Below are positions 33,610 to 38,588 of a stretch of 38,588 nucleotides of DNA, piece by piece. This DNA is from a virus (Duplodnaviria; Caudoviricetes): the IMG/VR virus record IMGVR_UViG_3300043765_000079, positions 1-38,588 of that record; one strand, given 5' to 3'. The position numbers were made by a program, and so were the translations under genes. Within the stretch, counting starts at the first letter, position 1. Every line of letters starts with the position of its first letter. The notes below the pieces were generated by a model, which had not been told where the DNA came from, did not search any database, and saw only the letters and a list, made by a program, of their open reading frames with translations.

Positions 33610-34364
33610 TGCCGATGACATCCGCGCAAATCTGTACGCTCGCGCGACAGAATGCGCGGCTGCCCGGCTTCACTTCGCAATCGGGGCAACTGCTCAACGC
33701 GATCCTGTCTGACCTTTGTCAGACGTTTGATTTTCAAGTCGCCAAAGCGACCTTCACCTTCAACCTCCCGACCGGGAATTTGAACTCTCTCGGGCAGGCG
33801 TTTCTCAACCTGCCGACGAACTACTTGCGCGTCGTTCGCCTCGATAATTTTTACGTCATCTCCGGCGTTCCCTACCCCCTGATCCATTGCGATCAGGAGG
33901 AATTCGACATGTTGGTGCAGCAGGCCAACGTGTCCAACTTTCCGGTGTTCTTCGCAACCGACATGACGCTGACGGGGGCAACCAACAACAACGTTCCCGG
34001 CGTACCCGTGATGTTTTTTTGGCAAGTACCCTCTGGCGCTTACCCCGCAACATGTCGCTTTTATTGCCAGATGCCTGACATCGTGACACCGGAATCTTCT
34101 TCGACGATCCCATGGTTCCCGAACCAGACTTATTTGATCCGTCGTCTCTCCGGCGAGCTCATGGGCTTGTCGGACGATGAGCGGATCGATTCGTTCCTGT
34201 CCGACGACGAGGATCGTCATCCGCAAGGGGCCGGCGTGATGCTGCGCAAGTACCTGCAACAGGAAGGCGACAAGAGCGATCGAGCAAAGAAGGTGGAGCT
34301 CGATCGCCGGATCTTCGGCACGTCGTTCTCGCGGCTGCGCAACACCAAGAACATCGGGTGGTGA
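33609..34364 (+). CDS. Head-tail adaptor (tail tubular A-like)
   Basis: T..QI..LA...LLN.IL..L, LP.NY, W.VP.GAY; about 250 aa; synteny. Confidence 0.7.
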   Translation: MPMTSAQICTLARQNARLPGFTSQSGQLLNAILSDLCQTFDFQVAKATFTFNLPTGNLNSLGQAFLNLPTNYLRVVRLDNFYVISGVPYPLIHCDQEEFDMLVQQANVSNFPVFFATDMTLTGATNNNVPGVPVMFFWQVPSGAYPATCRFYCQMPDIVTPESSSTIPWFPNQTYLIRRLSGELMGLSDDERIDSFLSDDEDRHPQGAGVMLRKYLQQEGDKSDRAKKVELDRRIFGTSFSRLRNTKNIGW

Positions 34365-34365
34365 G

Positions 34366-35754
34366 ATGAAAAAAATATTCTCTGCTCTGGCGATCGCCGC
34401 AACGTTTCTACTGTTGGCGACACCGGCCTTTGGTCAGAAGACCAAGTCGCAATTGAATTCTGAGGTTGCGACCAATTACCCCGACAACTCCACCGGCTTG
34501 ATCACGCCTGCGATTGTGCGCACGACAACCAACGATCAGATTGCATCGTGGGTCGATTGGCTTACCTGCACAGGGACGGGTGGGATCGTTTTTTGGAATG
34601 CCGGCACACCAACGTGCCTGAACATCGGATCGACCGGGCAATTTCTTCAGGTCGTTGCCGGAGCTCCGAGTTGGCAAAATATTGCCGGCGCGCTCACCAG
34701 CGGGTCGGGCATTACGATCACGGGTACGACCAACGCGACGGTGTCATTCGCGACGATCACCAATCTTGATCTCCTCGCCAATATCTCAGGCGGCGCGGCC
34801 GTTCCATCACAGACGACAGGGACCGCGTACCTCGATGCCGTCTTCGGATCGACGCGCGGCAACATCCTTGTGCGCGGCGCTTCGACGTGGGGGACACTTG
34901 CGCTTGGGACCAATGGTCAGCAGCTTGTCTCGAACGGTACTGATCTCGTGTACGGCACGGGCACTGCGTCGAAGGCTAACGTGCAGACCTTCACCGCAAG
35001 CGGGACGTGGACAAAGCCCGGTGGGTTTGGAGCGACAGCACAGACGCACATTCAATGCTGGGGCGGAGGAGGTTCTGGGGCGGCCGTTGGCATTGGCGCC
35101 TTCTCTTCGGGTGGCGGCGGTGGTGGCGGATACAACGAAATTTGGGTGCCATTGTCGACCTTGTCGGCAACGGTCACGGTGACTGTTGGCGCCGGAGGAG
35201 CTGGCGTCACTGCTAACAGCGTTGGGAATTCCGGGGGCACGACAACCTTCGGGGCGGTGTTGTCGGCTTTTGGTGGCGGCGGTGGTGGTTTTCTTTTGGC
35301 TACTGGAAACGATTCCGGTGGCGGCGGTGGCGGACAATTCAGTACGGGGGCGGTTGGGTCTACCGTTCCATCATCCCCTGGAGGCCCTATTCACGGCCAG
35401 AATTCAACTGACGGGTTTAAATTCGCCGATGGTGCCGGCGATGACAATACGAACTCCACACCCGGTGGAGTTCTCACTGGTGGCGGTGGCGGCGGCGCCA
35501 ACTCCACAGGGCAGCAATGCTCCGCTGGTCGCCCCTCGGTTTGGGGTGGAGGCGGCGGTGGCGGTGTATCCGATAACTCTTTTGTCAATGGGTGCGCGGG
35601 CGGAACGTCGCAGTATGGCGGAACGGGCGGAGCAGGTGGCAACTCCACGCATTCGGGAACACAACCCGGCGGTGGCGGCGGCGGGATCATTGGCGGCACC
35701 TCCGGGTCCGGTGGCGCAGGTCAGTGCATCGCGGTAACGATCGACGGAACGTAA
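34366..35754 (+). CDS. Tail-fibre-like protein with Gly-rich (polyglycine) domain and Sec signal peptide
   Basis: MKKIFSALAIAATFLLLATPAFG|Q; QTFTASGTWTKP..CWGGGGSG; many GGGGG repeats. Confidence 0.8.
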   Translation: MKKIFSALAIAATFLLLATPAFGQKTKSQLNSEVATNYPDNSTGLITPAIVRTTTNDQIASWVDWLTCTGTGGIVFWNAGTPTCLNIGSTGQFLQVVAGAPSWQNIAGALTSGSGITITGTTNATVSFATITNLDLLANISGGAAVPSQTTGTAYLDAVFGSTRGNILVRGASTWGTLALGTNGQQLVSNGTDLVYGTGTASKANVQTFTASGTWTKPGGFGATAQTHIQCWGGGGSGAAVGIGAFSSGGGGGGGYNEIWVPLSTLSATVTVTVGAGGAGVTANSVGNSGGTTTFGAVLSAFGGGGGGFLLATGNDSGGGGGGQFSTGAVGSTVPSSPGGPIHGQNSTDGFKFADGAGDDNTNSTPGGVLTGGGGGGANSTGQQCSAGRPSVWGGGGGGGVSDNSFVNGCAGGTSQYGGTGGAGGNSTHSGTQPGGGGGGIIGGTSGSGGAGQCIAVTIDGT

Positions 35755-37448
35755 TGCAGCGAAACTCGCAACCTCTTGTTTGGTCGCCGAAAGGTCTTTC
35801 CGATGTGCTCGACGCAACGGATGCCTTTCCCGGCGCCATGGCGTCGTTGCAAAATCTGATCCCTGATCCGTCGACACCAGAGCTATGGCAGTGCCGGCCC
35901 GCGTCGTTGCTCGCGACGAACTTCGTAGGTGGTGGTTTCTCGTCCGGTTTCTCCAGCGGTTTTCAAGTCAGCACGCTCTTCCAAAGTCCAGGCTTCATCT
36001 CATGCTTGTTGATTGTCGGCAGCCTCGCATTTGGAATGATCGCGACCGCACGCAATCCCGGTCACGATGAGCCGTTTTGCTTCAATCTTCAAACCAACAC
36101 CTTTATTCCCGTAGCGGGCACCATCACCGCGACGACGACGCCGATATCGCCGAACACGACGGGTGATTGGCAACCTCCGCAAATGGAGATCGTCGGTTCG
36201 AAGATCGGCGTGTGTCATTCCGGTTTCTCCGGCGCGGGTGGAAACTTCTTTGGCTGGTTCGACGTCTCCACACCGACGTCTCCGGTATGGAATGCAGGGA
36301 ATTTCTCCGGTCCCGGTGGATTGGTGTTCACTGTTGCACCGACGGGCATCGCGCAGTTCGGCGGGCGTGCGTACTTCATTCACAACAACCCGACACAGCC
36401 CGCCGTCATATTTTCCGACGTCAACAATCTGATTAAGAACACCGGCAGTGTCACTCCGGTTTTGACCTTCGGCGACAACGTGCCGTTGACGGCAATTGCC
36501 GGATTGCCGCTCACCAATCAATTCATCGGTGGCGTCGTGCAGTCACTCATCGTGTTCAAGAACGTCGTCGGCATGTTCCAGATCACGGGCGACAGTTCGA
36601 GCAACAACCTCGCGGTCAACTCGCTCAACGTGCAGACGGGTACCTTCGCCGCCAACTCGGTGACGGCGACACCAAAGGGGCTCGCGTTCATCGCTCCTGA
36701 CGGTCTTCGTATCATCGATTTCGGCGCGCGCGTCAGCGATCCTGTCGGAATGGACGGGAAAGGCGTCAATGTGCCCTTTCAACTCGTCGTCAATCCGACG
36801 CGCATCAACATGGGGTGCAACTCGAACGTCCTGCGGATCTTTCTGTTCAATGGCAACGTGCCTGGGGCTCCGGCGCAGGAGTATTGGTACGACTTCGCGC
36901 GCGGGATCTTTCATGGCCCGCACACTTTCCCGCCGAGCATCTTTCAGGCGTACCTCAACAGCTTCATCATTCAACCGAACGCGGTGCCGGGAACGCTTTG
37001 GAATTCGCCGACGATCCAATCGCTCACCTCGACCTTCGTCGAGAACGGGCAACAGATGACGTGGCAGGCGAACACGGCATATTTGCCCAGCACCAAAGAG
37101 ATCACCAACAACGCCATGACCGAGGGCACGCTCGACATTGCGCTCGCGGCCGGCGTTCCACCCGTCAACGTCGCGGCGGTTAATTGGCAAGGCGTCGTCG
37201 AGGACTCGGTTCAACTCTCCGGTGCTGCGGCGGCGACGATTTGGGGGTCATTCACGTGGGGAGCAGCGACGTGGGGAGGTGTGAGCTCAGCGCTCGCGCC
37301 AAGGCAGCTTCAATGGCATTTGCCCGTTGTATTTGCCAAGATCCAACTCCAAACGTCCGGTCAATCCGCCTTGGCGGTCAAGGTCGGGCGCTACAAACTG
37401 CGTGTCCAGAAACTCCGCTACATCGAGGATTTGACGGCAGCCGCATGA
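35754..37448 (+). CDS. Tail nozzle / DNA-stabilisation protein (tail tubular B-like)
   Basis: TAATG coupling; about 564 aa, beta-rich, downstream of the adaptor. Confidence 0.7.
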   Translation: MQRNSQPLVWSPKGLSDVLDATDAFPGAMASLQNLIPDPSTPELWQCRPASLLATNFVGGGFSSGFSSGFQVSTLFQSPGFISCLLIVGSLAFGMIATARNPGHDEPFCFNLQTNTFIPVAGTITATTTPISPNTTGDWQPPQMEIVGSKIGVCHSGFSGAGGNFFGWFDVSTPTSPVWNAGNFSGPGGLVFTVAPTGIAQFGGRAYFIHNNPTQPAVIFSDVNNLIKNTGSVTPVLTFGDNVPLTAIAGLPLTNQFIGGVVQSLIVFKNVVGMFQITGDSSSNNLAVNSLNVQTGTFAANSVTATPKGLAFIAPDGLRIIDFGARVSDPVGMDGKGVNVPFQLVVNPTRINMGCNSNVLRIFLFNGNVPGAPAQEYWYDFARGIFHGPHTFPPSIFQAYLNSFIIQPNAVPGTLWNSPTIQSLTSTFVENGQQMTWQANTAYLPSTKEITNNAMTEGTLDIALAAGVPPVNVAAVNWQGVVEDSVQLSGAAAATIWGSFTWGAATWGGVSSALAPRQLQWHLPVVFAKIQLQTSGQSALAVKVGRYKLRVQKLRYIEDLTAAA

Positions 37449-38588
37449 AGACCGCAAACAGATTAGTAACGCTTCTGGCGTTCACGTTGTGTTCAATCCT
37501 TGGGCTATCCTTGCCCGCGAAAGCCAACGTCCCCTGTTCCGTCCCATTTACCCTCACGAATGGGACAACCGCAGACGCGACACAGGTGATGGCAAACTAC
37601 AATGCCCTCATTGCCTGTTTTGCGAACGCGGCGGCAGCCGGCGCGAACTCGGATATCACCTCGCTCAATGCCTTGACGTCGCCGATCGCCCCGGTTGCCG
37701 GAGGATCGAGCGCCTTCATCGCGACGACCGCCACGGGCGGCGCAGCGAATGCTCAAACGATCGCGTCAACGACGCCTTCCGGTTTCGGACTCACCGCTAA
37801 TTTCCGCGTCTATGCGAAGATCGGGATCACCAATACGGGACCCACCACGCTCACGGTTGGATCGACCGCGACGACGAACGTCTTCAAGACTGCTCCCGGT
37901 GGCCCGGTCGCCTTGACAGGCGGAGAGCTCCAGATTGGTGACGTCGCTCTTTTCGCTTACGACGGGACACAATACGAGCTTCTCAATCCGCACATTGCGC
38001 AAGGACCGATCAGCGGAGCTCCGGTCAATATCGCATCGGCGGCGACAACCGACATCGCGTCCGTCGGGTCGCACAATGTCAACATTACCGGAACGACGAC
38101 GATCACCAATCTCGGCAACACGCTTGCGGGACAGGTTGCCTTTCCCCGGTACTACCTGACTCTCAACGGATCGCAGATCAACTTCAACGGAACGAATTGC
38201 TCGACCACGGGCGGGTGCATCACCACACCGGGCAGCGTGAATTTCTCCACGTCATCGGCTGGAGAGCAGATCATTGCGGAGTATGTCGGGCAGGGCTCGA
38301 ACCTGGGTGCCGGCGCCGGCAATTGGGTCATCAAATCAGTGCCGCGATCGGCGCAGGGATACGGCCGCTTTGCGACGTCTCCGCAGGTTTTTACGACGAC
38401 GCCAAGCAGTACCTACACGCCAACCGTCGGTATGTTGTTCGTCGAAGTGGAGTGCATCGGTGCTGGTGGTGCTGGAGGTGGCAGCGGTTCGGCGACATTC
38501 GGCGGCGGCGGTGGCGGTGGAGGCAGTTACGGGAAGGGCTTCTTTTCAGCCGCAACCGTTGGCGCCAGTCAAACCGTTACGATCGGCG
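37445..38588 (+). CDS. Second tail-fibre-like protein with signal peptide and Gly-rich domain, 3'-truncated (not in the ORF track)
   Basis: ATGA overlap; MKTANRLVTLLAFTLCSILGLSLPAKA|NVPC..NGTTADATQVMANYN, NTGPTTL, ECIGAGGAGG; appears open to the window end. Confidence 0.8.
   Translation, partial: MKTANRLVTLLAFTLCSILGLSLPAKANVPCSVPFTLTNGTTADATQVMANYNALIACFANAAAAGANSDITSLNALTSPIAPVAGGSSAFIATTATGGAANAQTIASTTPSGFGLTANFRVYAKIGITNTGPTTLTVGSTATTNVFKTAPGGPVALTGGELQIGDVALFAYDGTQYELLNPHIAQGPISGAPVNIASAATTDIASVGSHNVNITGTTTITNLGNTLAGQVAFPRYYLTLNGSQINFNGTNCSTTGGCITTPGSVNFSTSSAGEQIIAEYVGQGSNLGAGAGNWVIKSVPRSAQGYGRFATSPQVFTTTPSSTYTPTVGMLFVEVECIGAGGAGGGSGSATFGGGGGGGGSYGKGFFSAATVGASQTVTIG

Noticed and set aside
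35186-35737. +1-frame ORF with hydrophobic LLVAAVVVFFWLL in the tail-fibre gene
   Set aside because: GGT/GGC glycine repeats give Val/Ala in this frame automatically; no SD or coupling
1-38588. Frequent GATC, CGATCG and TCGA words as a HIP1-like or methylation signal
   Set aside because: Explained by ATC-G and xTC-GA codon pairs; enrichment cannot be shown without counting

Overview
Most of the genome of a GC-rich tailed phage, probably a podovirus of an alphaproteobacterium (Hyphomicrobiales-like host inferred from a CtrA-type wHTH, TIGR02594/M15 domains and promoter style). There are two divergent arms. The leftward arm (20672->3626) is complete in the window: small early genes with shared leader motifs, DUF932, wHTH, a secreted double peptidoglycan endopeptidase, small basic proteins, VRR-NUC, SNF2 helicase, NDT-like protein, SSB-like protein, HTH and a split primase / DUF927 helicase. 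The rightward late arm runs 20898->38588 and probably continues at 1->3732: KTSC, TerL, portal, GH108 lysin, holin, papain-like protease, scaffold, N4-gp56-type capsid, adaptor, tail proteins, a large putative ejection protein and a PurD-like ATP-grasp ligase. I recognised no integrase, DNA polymerase, tRNA or CRISPR array. The most unusual signals are: a ~290-nt multi-hairpin non-coding RNA candidate with T-loop-like motifs; two tail-fibre-like proteins with Sec signal peptides matched by two triple-aromatic motifs in the tail nozzle; small basic proteins ending like the scaffold; chains of +1-frame overprinted membrane ORFs; a CTT-TAG +1 frameshift into a wHTH; TerL with a second degenerate nuclease domain; and an FtsZ-tail mimic. 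All family calls come from motif recognition by eye, not database searches.
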